Source of the DNA: Octopus sinensis
Taxonomy: Eukaryota
Direction of reading: 5' to 3'
Length of the DNA: 64,000 nt
NCBI RefSeq assembly: GCF_006345805.1
Contig: NC_043011.1
Coordinates: 17,434,464 to 17,498,463, forward strand
The notes under the pieces are model-generated. The model did not search any database. It saw only the letters and a list, made by a program, of their open reading frames with translations, and was not told the origin of the DNA. Below, piece by piece: positions 1 to 13,224 of this stretch (positions are counted from its first letter, which is position 1; every line of letters begins with the position of its first letter). The position numbers and the translations under genes were made by a program.

Positions 1-10
1 GAAAACATAG

Positions 11-400
11 AGGCGCAGAAGTGGCTGTGTGCTAAGAAGCCTGTTTCCCAACCACATGATTCCAGGTTCTGTCCCACTGAATGGCACCTTGGGCAAGTGT
101 CTTCTACTATAGACTCGGACCGACTAAACCCTTGTGAGTGGATTTGGTAGACGGAAACTGAAAGAAGCCCGTTGCATATATGTGTGTGTGTATCATTGTG
201 TATGTGTTTGTCCTCACCCCATCGCCACTTAACAACCGGTGCTGGTGTGTTTACATCCCCGTAACTTAGCGGTTCGGTAAAACCGACCGATAAAATAAGT
301 ACTAGATTTAAGAAATAAGTCCTGGGGTCGATTTATTCGAAAAAGACCCTTCAAGGCGGTGCTCCATCATGACTGTAGTCAGATGACTGAAACAAGAAAA
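11..400 (+). mobile_element. SINE family A: tRNA-like head, CORE-like CCTTGGGCAAG segment, internal (TA/TG)n, CR1-like tail
   Basis: Head aggcgcagaagtggctgtgtg...gttctgtcccactg, then gcaccttgggcaagtgtcttctac and tail aaggcggtgctccatcatg...tgactgaaacaag. About 11 copies occur in the window. Confidence 0.85.
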
Positions 401-2029
401 AGTGTATCGGAAACTTTTCCCAGACTTTGGGCAAAAACTGAGACTGATATTATTTGGCATGTTTTCCTCATCGAGAGATCTGGTTTTAACCCTTACACGC
501 GAATGAAAATTTGCTAAAAGAAAGAGGCCCTAGATTATATCTACCACCTATAAATTTGGATATTAATCTACTTATTTATGTAGGAAATACAATTTATAGA
601 AAAAAAAAATGATTATCGTTCAAAATATAATTTTAGTTCTAAAAATAGTTTATGTCTAATATAATAAGGGAAGGACCTATAACTCTCGTGGTAAAGTATT
701 GGTGTAACATCATTTCACATAAATCTGTTGGTTCCCTATTCCGTACTTTTACAGTTTAATACTCATTCAGTTATAGAATATGTACTTTCGAAAAACATCA
801 GTATAAGTGATCCTCTCATCCGTCACTGGAAAAATGGCAGCGTATCCGTATAAAAAAAGGAAATATTAGTGAAGCCATATATTTTCTAAATTTTTAAAAG
901 AAAACTTCCTTACAAAACTTTTTGAATAAAACCATTTAACCATATCACTATTTTGATTCATGAATATATTTATTGACTTTCTCAGTAATATATTTTCTCC
1001 TTTAGTGTTTGACTAGGAAAGAAATTACATTTGTTTCTGGTGTTCTCTAGCTTGTTGCTATTGTTTTACTCAAGATATTTCTCAAATCAGACAAAGGTTC
1101 TTCAGGACAAGATCTATATAGTTATTTATCCCCGTATATTATAAACCAAATCTCCTTCAATTTATGCCCCATTCTTTACAAAGTATAACTTTAAACTGCA
1201 TCCGGAAGCGTGGTCCTGGTTCGACAAATCCAAGGTTTTGAAGAATGTGGAGCCACCGCTTAGTCCCTATTGTTTCTAGGTGTACTCTTACCCTCTAATA
1301 GCCGCTGTCAGGCTCTCACTTATCAGTTAAATATCATGTAACCACCTGATAAATTGTAAGTCGAAGTTGTAGGATGCAATATGTTGGATATGAGGTATTT
1401 TATCAGAGGAACTCAATAAATAAATTTCGAATGCCACTAGATACTGAGCGGATGAACAGACAATAATCCGTCAACTGCCAGGATGAACCAGTTCACTTAG
1501 CGAACTACAGCTATTATCTGAAGTTATGTTGTGTACAGGAGAGTTATTTCAACTTGCGAAATTTGACACAAACCAAAGCCAAACATTCATGTCACATCGT
1601 TCTATTGGGATATCTGGCGCAAAAGGTTTTGGTCCGCATAGATCGCCCGACTACATGCTTTGAGCATTTAGTAATAGCTACTATGTGCTTGAAGTAAAAC
1701 AAAATAATGATAGAATGATCGCGTCCGGTATTTTTTATCATAAACCAGATTAGTGAAACTTACTCGGAGTTAAACAATACAGCAATAAAAACGGAAATTT
1801 TTTAGACGTTATTACAACTAATGAGTGAAATAGAAATCTTTGTTGTAAATGATATTACAGGTATTAAGCGGTAATTTAACATAGAAAAGAGCTACAATTT
1901 CACTATTGAATATGTTTGTATTTTTATAGAATAGCTACATGAATATTATGTATGCTCACTCATTCGATATATGCACGCGCGCGCGCACACACACACATGC
2001 ATGCGACGGCACACATACGGTATTACAAC

Positions 2030-2400
2030 CGTGTTTCGTGGTCTGCTACCACAACAGCTCCTTTATAGGATCCTATTTCTTTACTACCCACAAGGGACTC
2101 CTTTATAGGATCCAGTTAGCTCAAGACATCATGAGGAGGAACCACGTCCGGTTTCGGCCCCTACACCTCTACCGTTTTGACGAGGTGTCTTCAGCTCTGG
2201 TGTTGGGTGCATGTCTTCTTTCTTCTTCTTTCTTCTGTTCCCTGGCCTCTTCGATGTATTGTCAGTGAGTGTCAGCCGGTGACTGACTTGTCAAATTTTC
2301 CCCTTTAAATACCTGCCACTAGGCTCCAGCAGGCAGCCCCAGCAAGTTATCACGTGACACTGTCTCACCTTAACTGACTAGTGAAGGCGCGTAGTTTTAG
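2030..2400 (-). mobile_element. Probable PLE/pLTR-like remnant with degenerate hammerhead-like words
   Basis: Minus strand reads CTGAAGA...ggccGAAAccgg. Stems I and III do not pair cleanly. Confidence 0.3.
2058..2113 (-). mobile_element. 24-bp 3' tip of SINE family C flanked by a 16-bp direct repeat (TSD)
   Basis: ctcctttataggatcc at 2058-2073 and 2098-2113. The insert tatttctttactacccacaaggga is the reverse complement of the SINE C 3' end. Confidence 0.8.
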
Positions 2401-2983
2401 CCCGCGCATTCTCTAAACGACCGTCACCTGTTAGTCACACATACATTATTATTTGGTTCACGTGGATTACCATTTGATTTAGTTTCACAGTATTGTACAA
2501 TAGTGTTGTATGAGGCAGGTTATTTAGTGCTTCTGTTCCCAACGTTTACTTCGTTGTTTGCCCATTCCATAATTTGATGGTGTTAGGAAAGACACCTATT
2601 AACGGCAGTGAAGTATGACACCCATTCCATGATAACTTACATTTACATAAATAGGGCTAAAGTACTTAATGCAATGCGACGAAATAATATTTAACCAAAC
2701 GAAGAGATTGATTAATTCAATGTGGCCATTTATAGAGAATGGGTTGATCTTTCTTAAGTAGAGTGAGAACTCCGGACCTGTTACGAGACAGCTTCAACTA
2801 AGCTTAAGCTATTCATCCATGCAGGAATTTACAATTACTGCGAAAATATATGGAAAGTTTTTAAGAAAAGCATAAAGTATTGTTAATCTGGCTAAGAGAA
2901 TTATGATTATTATTACCGGCTTATTCTTAATTACTGGTCTAAATTTAAATGATAGGCCTTTTTTTATGTATTTTTACTCAAAG

Positions 2984-3065
2984 CAGCGTATTAACTCCAT
3001 AGTTCGCTATATGTTTCACACGTATAAAAATTTCCCTGGGCTGCCTTCATTTAAGAACATCACTG
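2984..3065 (+). CDS. Candidate internal exon (QRINSIVRYMFHTYKNFPGLPSFKNIT-G), product unknown
   Basis: T-rich tract ending caaag/cag, open frame, and a strong donor G|GTAAGC. No recognised homology. Confidence 0.3.
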
Positions 3066-4489
3066 GTAAGCGAAAGACTAATCTAAGATTTGAAAGTGGA
3101 GAACAAAATTGACGCCGAATTTATTAAATTATGATGTCCTGTTTAGTCAATATTAGCGCTTATTGAGCAGACGTATAAACAAAGATGATTCAGTTTTCAT
3201 TACCCAATTTTTGTCAATTTCTAGAAGTATGTTATTCATTGTTTTAGTTCTGCTGAAGACGATAGGATATCATTTAAGAAATGTGGCTTCTATGTTTAAC
3301 ACAATAAACGAAACCGTAGAACCTTCCTTATCAATTACGCTGTATTTGTTAGTGTCTTGGCATTATCTAATGGTTTACGTTCTGTTTCTTTTGTAATTTT
3401 ATAATGAAAATGCCGCTACTTCTTTATAGGTTTGTGTTTATTTTAGAAATAGCTGCCCAATTACGATGTCAATTTTGAACTAATTAGACAAGGCTTGATG
3501 AATGTTTGGTATATTGTCGGATTATAACAAAAGACATTAAATATTTTAAAGTTACCAAATCTCTTTTGGTATAAGATTATATATAACGTCTGAGAATTAG
3601 GGAAGAAATTTTAAAATATCAAGTGTTTAATAGAAATTTTTCGAAATACTGAATAATTGACAATTTCCAATGATAGCTTAGAGATTTCTTTACAAATATA
3701 AAAAAAAGAAAGAAGTTTGTGGAGAGAGATCATAAAAAGAGTAAAGAAAGGCGTGACATTGATGATAATACAAACAGTTTTAGTATATCTTTTCCAAAAC
3801 TTGGAGGTCGTTGGTGTCTGTTTAAGAATTAATAATTTATAATTTAAAAATGAAGGTGGAGAGGTTATCTTTGTAATGCCATAACAGCTAAAATAAATAA
3901 AATTTGGCGAAATTATAAAAACTTGTCATTTTGTTTTCTTTTAAATAATTGACAAAGTTTTAAGATAAGAGCCTTTTAGAAGCGTTACTAAAATTTCAGT
4001 ATAATAGGATATTTTTTCATAATAATTTAGTAATATATTGGAAAGAACATTAAGAAAAAATATTCAAAATTCAATGAAGGAAAGCTAAATATTATATTAA
4101 CGGACAACAGTAGTTGTCACATTAGGTGTAGATTTCAAGGTAAGGTTTGTATTAGTAAAGTATAAAGGTCACAACTCGGAGAATTAATCAAATTTAACAG
4201 ATGGTAGATCTTAAGAAATCACCTCAGATAGTATTTTTGAAAATATTTCATTATGAACATAATTCCATAAGTTTTCGAAGAAATATCGTCATGAAAAAAT
4301 TGTCATTCTTTTTTTGTGGAGAAATAACATGTTTTTGTAGAAATAATTTCAAAACATTCCTTATTAAAGGAAAAAATATAAAATTTGAATTTAAAACATC
4401 CAGGAATTTACTTATATCTAAATTCATTCGGATTATTGTATTGTAATAGTTTGTTTGGCACGTTATAGTATTTCATACTATAAACATTT

Positions 4490-4772
4490 TTTTGTTTGTT
4501 CCTTCTTCAGCCATGCCTGGCTCATAAGGGCCGGTTTCATTGGCGTATAGGCTCCCCACCTGGACGGGACGTCGCAGGTGAGCTGGTAGATGCAGGAGGA
4601 AAGAGTGAGAGAAAGTTGTGGCGAAAGAGTCGGCAGAAGTTCGCCATTACCTTCAGCCGGAGCCGTGTGGAGCTTAGGTGTATCGCTCATAAACACACAT
4701 CGCCCGGTCGGAATTTCAGAACCGCAATCCCTCGACTGCGCGTCCGCTGCTCTAACCACTAGGCCATGTGCC
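4490..4772 (-). mobile_element. SINE family B (tRNA-derived)
   Basis: Minus strand tggcctagtggttagagcagcggac...cacctaagctccac...ctttctctcactc matches the copies at 48626, 31684 and 63696. Confidence 0.85.
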
Positions 4773-5498
4773 TACACTATAACCATTACATATGAGGAAA
4801 TGTAAAAATATGTCGCATAACTACTTGTCTAGATATCTTTTAGATCAAAATTAAATTTCACCTATGCCTTCACCTGTGACAACATCTGTCCCACCTCTCC
4901 ATACGGACAACATAAACACCACGGAGTGAAGGTTATCCAACAACTTTACCCAAATAACCACCATTCTCTCGATTTCATTGTTTGATATCATTTCCATTGA
5001 TTTCCCAGTAAAATCTGGAATATTTCATGCTTTGTCTATATGGCCGTATATACTGTGAAAAACTACAGGCAGTGACAAAAAAAAGGTCTTTCAACATAGT
5101 CCATCCGTGTACACTTTTTCTTTCGCTTTTAACTTATTGTACTGTTACAGCTGCTTTATTTCAAACTTAATGCTCATATACTACTTTCAGATTATCTCGT
5201 ACTAACATCATCAGGCCTTCCTCACAATAATTAAGACAGGAGCTTAGGTAATCCCAACTATTATCACATTTTACCTTATGCCCCGAGCAATATTCCTAAT
5301 CTCTCATGAAAAACACAGAAATTTCATTTTTCACTATCGCCGGACATCAGTCGAAAGACCAACAAACAAAAGTTTAACATCTTCTCATATCACAAAACTC
5401 GAACATATTCTCAACTACGAAGTTATATTGATATGTGCGGTATATAATGGTACTTCATTTTCATTTTCTTGATGGATAATTTAGGAAACCATTAGTTA

Positions 5499-5715
<217 letters not shown>

Positions 5716-6213
5716 AAAAAATGAAGTTCGAAAATGCTGCTGTATTATACAATTTTTAATTTTTATATATATACATTATAACATGTTTCAGTTCCTGAAA
5801 TGAACTTTATCAAAAAAGGTTATATATAAAAAAAGACACCTCATGCCGTCAAACACAAGAAATTCATTTATAATACACAACGGAGTCAGACATCTTAGAG
5901 TTCATGTATAGTTGATATATAGTTCATGTATAGTTAATATATAGTTTGAAGTATATGTTCAAAGTGTTCGATGCAGTGGCCCACGGTGGCGATACGTATT
6001 CAATACAAAAAACAGATCAAAGTGGTGGAAAGCGGTCAATACAGAAGATTGATGTTTCCGAAAAAGCGAGGAATTCATTTTTACCTTAAGCAAATGTGAT
6101 GACCCATGGTGGATGTTCGCTGGGTGGTTCTAATGAGTTTTTGTGAATATATATATATACATATATATATATTTATATATATATATAGACGTATGCTTTT
6201 TTTATGTGTATGG

Positions 6214-6408
6214 TAAAGCAACCATTGGTTTCAACCGATGCTGGTGTGTTTACATCTCATAACTTAGCGGTTCGGCAAAAGAGACCGATATAATAAGTAC
6301 TAGGCCTACAAAGAATAAGTCCTGGGGTCGATTTGCTCGACTAAAGGCGGTGCTCCTGCATGGCCGCAGCCAAAATGACTGAAACAAGTAAAAGAGTAAA
6401 AAGAGTAC
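6214..6408 (+). mobile_element. SINE family A, 3' half
   Basis: caaccgatgctggtgtgtttac...ggcggtgctcctgcatggccgcag...gaaacaagtaaaagag. Confidence 0.85.
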
Positions 6409-6875
6409 TGCTCTAACGATCATTGTTTAGACAGTCATATTTTTTTTGTAATCTCCAGTTTCACTTTGAAATCCTGCAAGTTAGAAGCACGTAATGACTT
6501 TGCCTTGTCTATTTTTCCGTTTTTTATTCTTTGATAAAAAAAAAGTGTACGGGTTAAAAAGTGCTGCCTTTTCATATTTATTTCGAAATGCAAATTTAGT
6601 GCGAGCGCCTGATGAAAAGGAGAATTTAAAAATTTTACAAAACAAACTTTATTGGTCTTCTTTAGAAGGCTGTTAGTATAAAGTTCAGTACTTGGACTTA
6701 AATCTGGTAATAAACCGCGAATAAAATCTATCTTTTAGATGATTCCAGTACATGTACATCTAGAATTTCTTTTTCTTAAAATCCATGCACATAGATGCAT
6801 AAGCATATACTCACGCACACAGAACCCCCCTCACACTCACACATAATCATACAGGCATGTGTGTGTGTGTATATA

Positions 6876-6916
<41 letters not shown>

Positions 6917-8199
6917 TTCTCTCCATCTATGTTCATGTGTGTGCGCGGTCGCACACACACACATACATATATAAGTACATATATGTAGTCAGTTAGTGGT
7001 GTGTTTATAATTGTGACTATGTACACGCTAACATTCTATATGTGTGTTTCGTGTATTTTTGTGTGTGCGTGTGTTTCGGTTTACGATTATGTGTGCTTTT
7101 ACATACGTATATTAATGAGAATAAATATGACAGCAAAACTTTAAGATATTAGCAACCATATTTCAGAAAATAACCACTGAGCTGTTGGCTTATCTCAAAG
7201 CAAAATATTAGTATGTGGAAGATTTTATGCAGATAATTGGCGTATTTCATTGGCAGACATATCCAATAGCAATTGAGGTATAAAATTGCAGTTTTTGGCG
7301 ATAAAATCACACTGGACATTAAAATATTTGGAAAGAGCTCTAGTTTATTATTTCTTTTTAGTTTTGTAGATATAAAAATGAGAAATTTTATTGGATGTTA
7401 GCAAAACAGCTGTGGAGTAAAGATATGACGCAAAACACACTGTGGAATAATTTAACTGTTAATATAGAATTAGATATCACAGAAATAAAAGAAAACTGCT
7501 TTCGGTAAGAAACAAGAAACAAAACAATATATATATATATATATATTGAGAGAGAGAGAGAAATTTGTGCAAATATTAATAGAACCAATTTTCTCATATA
7601 TTACAGATACAAAACACATTTATAGAAGACACAGAGAGTTACAATAAAGAATGCATCTATAATGCACATGATATTTGAACTCATATAATGTACGTATACA
7701 AAGTTGTCGATTATGCGTTGTTCACAGATGCAAAGTCCATGATTCTGTGATTCTGAGTTTAACCAAACTGACTTTGTATGCCTTGATGGTTAGGAGAATC
7801 AAAGTAAAATTTGATACTCAGACTTTGTCAGGCTAAGTCTGTGAAATATATTCTTAATCCGACCCAGTTCAAGTGCTTAGTTTTCTCGACACTTCCTTCT
7901 TTCCACCCGGCACTCAGCATAAGCTGCTACCATTTGTTGTATGATTTACCATTGAAACAGCTTTTCGTATTTCTCTTCTAAAGATCCAGATAGTTTTAGA
8001 AAACGCTAATTCATTATGAACACACACAGACACACGCACAGCCAGACAAACACATACACACACACGCACACAAATACACACATACACTAACACACATGCA
8101 AAAACACACACACATCTATGTATGTGTGCGTGCACATATGTGTTTGAATGTATATGTATATATATATATATATAATATATATATAATATATAATATATA

Positions 8200-8246
<47 letters not shown>

Positions 8247-8247
8247 T

Positions 8248-8283
<36 letters not shown>

Positions 8284-8287
8284 CGTG

Positions 8288-9182
8288 ATATATGGGCTGA
8301 GGATAATAATAAGCAGTTTAATGCTGAAAAATTCCAGGCCCTGCGCTACCAGCATCCAAAATTGAATATTAAACTTACAGGATACACCAGTCCACAGGGA
8401 ATTTCAATCCCAGAGCCTAAGTCTGTGAGGGACCTGGGTATCGACATGAGTGATGATATCTCTTTCCAAGTGCACATTACCAAGATGGCGACAAAGTGCA
8501 GACGACTGGCTGGATGGATCCTAAGAACATTCAGACCCAGAGATAAGGAAACCATGATGGTCCTCTGGCGGACATTCGTCCTCAGCCGCCTGGATTACTG
8601 CTCACAGCTATGGTCACCCACCAGTGTAAAATTAACAGCGGACCTTCAAGCAATCCAGAGAAGATTCACAAAGAAGATCGTCTCTTTGGAACAGCTTAGC
8701 TACTGGGAAAGGTTGAAACAGCTAAGATTCTACTCCCTGGAGAGAAGACGGGAGAGGTATGCGGTAATATATGTCTGGAAGATCCTGGAAGGAATTGTGC
8801 CAAATTTTGGCATTGTAAGCTACATCAATGCTAGAACGGAACGACACTGCATAGTGCCAAAGATCCCAGCAATGCCATCACGCTTCAGGACCAGCTTCTG
8901 CAACAGCGTGGGTTTCCAGGGCCCACAGCTTTTTAATATTCTCCCAAAGAGACTGAGAAGCTTGCACAAAGTAGATGTAGCAGTTTTTAAATCAAAGCTG
9001 GACATCTTCCTGTCGAGAGCCCCAGATGAACCTACCTTACAGCAAGAGGGGCAAATGAGAGTAGCTATGTCAAACTCCATTCTTCACCAAGTGCCACATA
9101 TTAGACGAGGTTCGTCCTAATAACAGTGTAGCACAAAACGGCGGTGCATCAGCATGGCCGAAGCTCTGAGCTGAAACTAGAA
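8288..9182 (+). mobile_element. 5'-truncated CR1-clade LINE; C-terminal ORF2 frame open from about 8290 to 9120
   Basis: DLGI-MSDDISFQVHI, GWILRTF, LSRLDYCSQLWSP and YSLERRRER are CR1/L2-group post-RT motifs. The 3' tail ends gctgaaactagaaaaaaaa. Confidence 0.9.
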
Positions 9183-9201
9183 AAAAAATGTATATATATA
9201 T

Positions 9202-9240
<39 letters not shown>

Positions 9241-9254
9241 TGTATATATAATAT

Positions 9255-9313
<59 letters not shown>

Positions 9314-9315
9314 CT

Positions 9316-9369
9316 AGCAAAAACTGTCTGATGAACGGCAACGAGAAACACAGAGTAACAGATTTTGTT
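9316..9369 (+). ncRNA. Type I minimal hammerhead ribozyme motif (PLE-type)
   Basis: Stem I agcaaaaactgt/acagattttgtt (11 of 12 pairs), CTGATGA core, short stem II cg-gcaa-cg, GAAA, AC...GT stem III and a GUA cleavage triplet at 9355-9357. Confidence 0.65.
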
Positions 9370-9594
9370 GAATTTTCTGCTGCTTAAAATAAAATGAAGT
9401 ATATATATATATATTATATATATATATATATATATATTGGAATAGATTTAGTTGGATGTTTATTTAATCTATTTTATTTAATATAGAAGTATAGATTAGT
9501 AAGATAGAATATATAGATTAAACTTAATTTTTACCTCTATGTTTGTATTGAAGTATTAATTTAGACATGTATATACGTATTTATTTATATGATA

Positions 9595-9990
9595 CTAGCA
9601 GTAAGGCCCGGTGTTGCTCGGGTTTGTAAGGGAACTAACTATATAAGCATTTTTAGAGAGTTATAGCCAAAAAATAGCAAAAGAATGCATTAAAAATGGA
9701 AAAAAAATTATGGTGAATTATTTTTTAAATCGTTGACTCATCGTAGACATTTTTAGAGAGTTACTTCCCTTATATAATAGCGAAAAAAATGCATTAAAAT
9801 GGAAAAAATGATGGTAATTTTTTTTAAATCGGAGACTCATCGTAGACGCGCGCTATTACTCAGAAGGGCTCGATAGGAATCACGACTATAAGATACCCGG
9901 CTTTGGTTAAACTGCACCGCAAAATGTGGGAGTAGTTAAGAATCTAAATCGTAGGAGACAGACACACAACTTCACTTTTATATATAAAGA
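9595..9990 (-). mobile_element. Complete non-autonomous Helitron, about 396 bp
   Basis: Minus strand starts A|TCTTTATATATAAAAG and ends with the hairpin cccgagcaacaccggg, 8 nt, then CTAG|T. No TSD. It holds an internal ~100-bp direct repeat. Confidence 0.85.
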
Positions 9991-11267
9991 TATGTGTTTG
10001 TGTGTGTATGTATGTATATATGTGTATATGTTTATGTACGTGTATATATATATGTATATGTATATGCATTTAATTGTGTGTGTGTATATATGTATATGTA
10101 TGTATGTGCATGTATGTATGTATGTGTATGTATGTGTAGATATATATATATATATGTATGTATGTATATTTATATATATATGTATACGCATGTATAGTTG
10201 TACCTCAAATTTTGATTAGTATTTTAGAGATTTTGGTTATGATCACTAATTTTAGCTTTAATTATAAGAATATTTGGCAAAGAATTTAATAGGTGAGGGG
10301 TTACTATATTAATTTTTTGATATATTTTTTAATCTTATAAGATTTTTAGAGTATATATAATAATTAGTGGTTTTTAATTATTTAATTTATTCTGTATTAA
10401 GTATTATTTATGATAGTTATTTAATAATAAATCTTATAGTATAGAGTGATTCTATTCTTTATTTGTGACTTCATTCTATTTACATTTATTGATAAATCAT
10501 AACTGTTCCCATTCACAATATTCATTGATAAGGCGTATTTGTTCCTCACGCTTAATGAATTCTTCAACAATTTATTCTTTTTTTGCTAATAACGTAATTC
10601 CACGAGTATTCTTATAAACGCTGTAAAGACGTTTTCCGAATCAAAATTTTAGTTCATCGCAAAACCTCGCTAAGCTAAGTATTTATTTATATTTAAGATC
10701 TTTAAACTTTAAATTTTAATATTCTATAAGTCGTATGGTATAATATTATTGTTTTTTTATGTAAATATCGTTGTTTATCTAATTATCGTAATTTTCTATA
10801 TAATTATTAGATATTAACTTTAAGTTTATTCGTAAGAATTTACTTAGCGATAGATATGTTGTTTGATAGCAAGTATACGAGTTGTTTTAAGTTAGATTCA
10901 TGTATATACATGTATTAATAACATTAATTGTAGTTTTAAATTTCTTATAATTATGATTTTAACTTATATATTGTCTTTTTAATTTGTTATTTGCTAGTTT
11001 TATTATATTCCCATTGATAAATATATTTATAGTATTTATTTGATACTATATAACTACGAATTGATTATTTCTTTAAGTATTTTAAAAATAAGATTTTTGA
11101 AAGTTATTAATTAGCCAAAGATATATAAAGATAGTTAATTTGCTATAGTGTTCGTTTGTTTATTTGTATTTTTGAAATTAGCTATTTCATCTTTAAATAT
11201 GAAAAATAAATTTATTAGGTCTTTATTATATGTGCATATATATTTATTTATAGGGATTATTTTAGAT

Positions 11268-11672
11268 CTTACTCTTTTACTTGTTTCAGTCATTGGACTG
11301 CGGCCATGCTGGAGCACCGCCTTTAGTCGAGCAAATCGACCCTGGGACATAATCTTTGTAATCCCAGTACTTATTCTATCGGTCTCTTTTTCCGAACCGC
11401 TCAGTGACGGGGACGTAAACACACCAGCATCGGTTGTCAAGCAATGCTAGGGGGACAAACACAGGCACACTCACACATACACACACACATATATATATAT
11501 ACATATATACGACAGGCTTCCTTCAGTTTCCGTCTACCAAATCGACTCACAAGGCATTGGTCGGCCCTATGCTATAGCAGAAGACACTTGCCCAAGATGC
11601 CACGCAGTGGGACTGAACCCGGAACCATGTGGTTGGTTTGCAAACTACTTACCACACAGCCACTCCTGCGCC
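11268..11672 (-). mobile_element. SINE family A, full length
   Basis: Reverse complement of the family consensus from head to tail. Confidence 0.9.
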
Positions 11673-12469
11673 TATTACAATATAATATATTATAATATAA
11701 TCTTTATTATAATATTTATATACATTTTTATATTTTCATTGATAATTTATATATTATTTAAATTTTATATTTTAATAATATGAAGAGTCATTTTTTTGTA
11801 AAATATTTATATAATTAGATTTTGACTATTACTGATATTAGATTATTTGTGGGTTTCTTACCTTAAAAATTAATACTTAAAAATTAAAATTAATACTTAA
11901 AAATTAAAATTAATATTTAACATTATAATCGTTGTTTTGACATAATCATAATCGTTAAGTTTCTAGTTTGATAATAGAGTTTTTTATAAGAAAATTTATT
12001 ATATTAGTTATTTCTTAAAAAATATTGTTTAAATATTTCTGATTATTTATTAAAATATTACAATTAACCTGAAGATTGACTGTAACCATAATTCGAATTA
12101 TTAATTGAATTTAAATTATTATTATTGTTATTCGAATTGGTTTCTTTGTTGTTAAATAAATGGATTGTCAACAAAACACTTTTTTACTCGGTGTAAAATG
12201 AAAACAAACCCTTTCGCACCCAAAGTAATGTGTGTGAGAGAGAGTGGGGAGAAAGATGAAAGATTTAAATAAATAAATGATAAAATAAATATATTGTAAT
12301 TGTTGTGTGAGAAAGTATACATACTATGATTAAGAAGTATAGTGTCTTTCAAAAACCTCCTAAATTTGAACACTATATTTCGTGTTTAAGAAAAGACAAA
12401 GCATTTTACATTTTATATTTTATTAAGGTCGTCACTTACTCTCTCTCTCTCTCTGTCTCACTTTTTCAA

Positions 12470-12770
12470 AAATCATTGGGAAAAATTTTCAAAAGACTTT
12501 CAAAAAATTTCAAATATTTTTAGGGAAAATTTTCAAAACTTTTTGGGGAAAATTTTCAAAAAGTTTTTATAAAATTTTTTGAGAAATTTTTCGAAAAACT
12601 GTTCAAAAATTTTTGGGCAAAATTTTCGAAAAACTTTTCAAAAATTTGGGGGGGAAATTTTAAAAAATATCTTCAAAAAATTAAAAAAAAATTTTTGGGG
12701 AAAATTTTCGTAAAACTTTTCAAAAGTTTTTGGGGAAAATTTTCAAAAAATTTTTCGAAAATCTTTTTGA
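12470..12770. repeat. Degenerate ~24-25-bp tandem repeat (ttttcaaaaa/tttttggggaaaa)
   Basis: About 12 imperfect units abutting the Helitron Rep fragment. Confidence 0.75.
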
Positions 12771-13100
12771 ACATATGCTGTCCTTCAAGCATGGTGAGTT
12801 TATGTTGAATCCACACCCACATGGACCATGTACCATATTTGCTTTAACTATAGTTCTTTGTCTAAAGCTGGATCAGGAAGCTCTGCAGAGATTATGTTGT
12901 CGATGTCATTGGAATTGATCTTCGCTGAGAGCCAAAGCAGGATATGAATATGTGGAAGAGCCCTTTTTTGCCACTCGATTGTGTACATGTCACATTGTAT
13001 GGGCCCAAAGACTTGCCATTTTTGTATGAGCTCCATGAGAGAGATTAACTTGAGATGGAAAACTCGGGGCGTTGAGATTCCGTTTCGAATGTAAGGCAGG
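12765..13100 (-). mobile_element. Helitron RepHel fragment, frameshifted
   Basis: TPRVFHLKL...YTIEWQKRALPHIHILLWL...IISAELPDP, then MVHGPCG...NSPCLKDSICSKRF. This is the HUH Rep motif-2 region. Confidence 0.92.
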
Positions 13101-13224
13101 TCTGAAAGTGTTCCCAATAGTTATTAGTTGTAGTGGTAGAGTGTTTATGCCGAATATGTACGAATGCATGTATATATATATGTGTGTACGTCTGTATATA
13201 TGTACAAAATCCACTGAGAAGGCT

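Noticed and set aside
10200-11260. NUMT hypothesis for the AT-rich block
   Set aside because: No mitochondrial gene, rRNA or tRNA motif was recognisable by eye. A BLAST search would be needed to exclude it fully.
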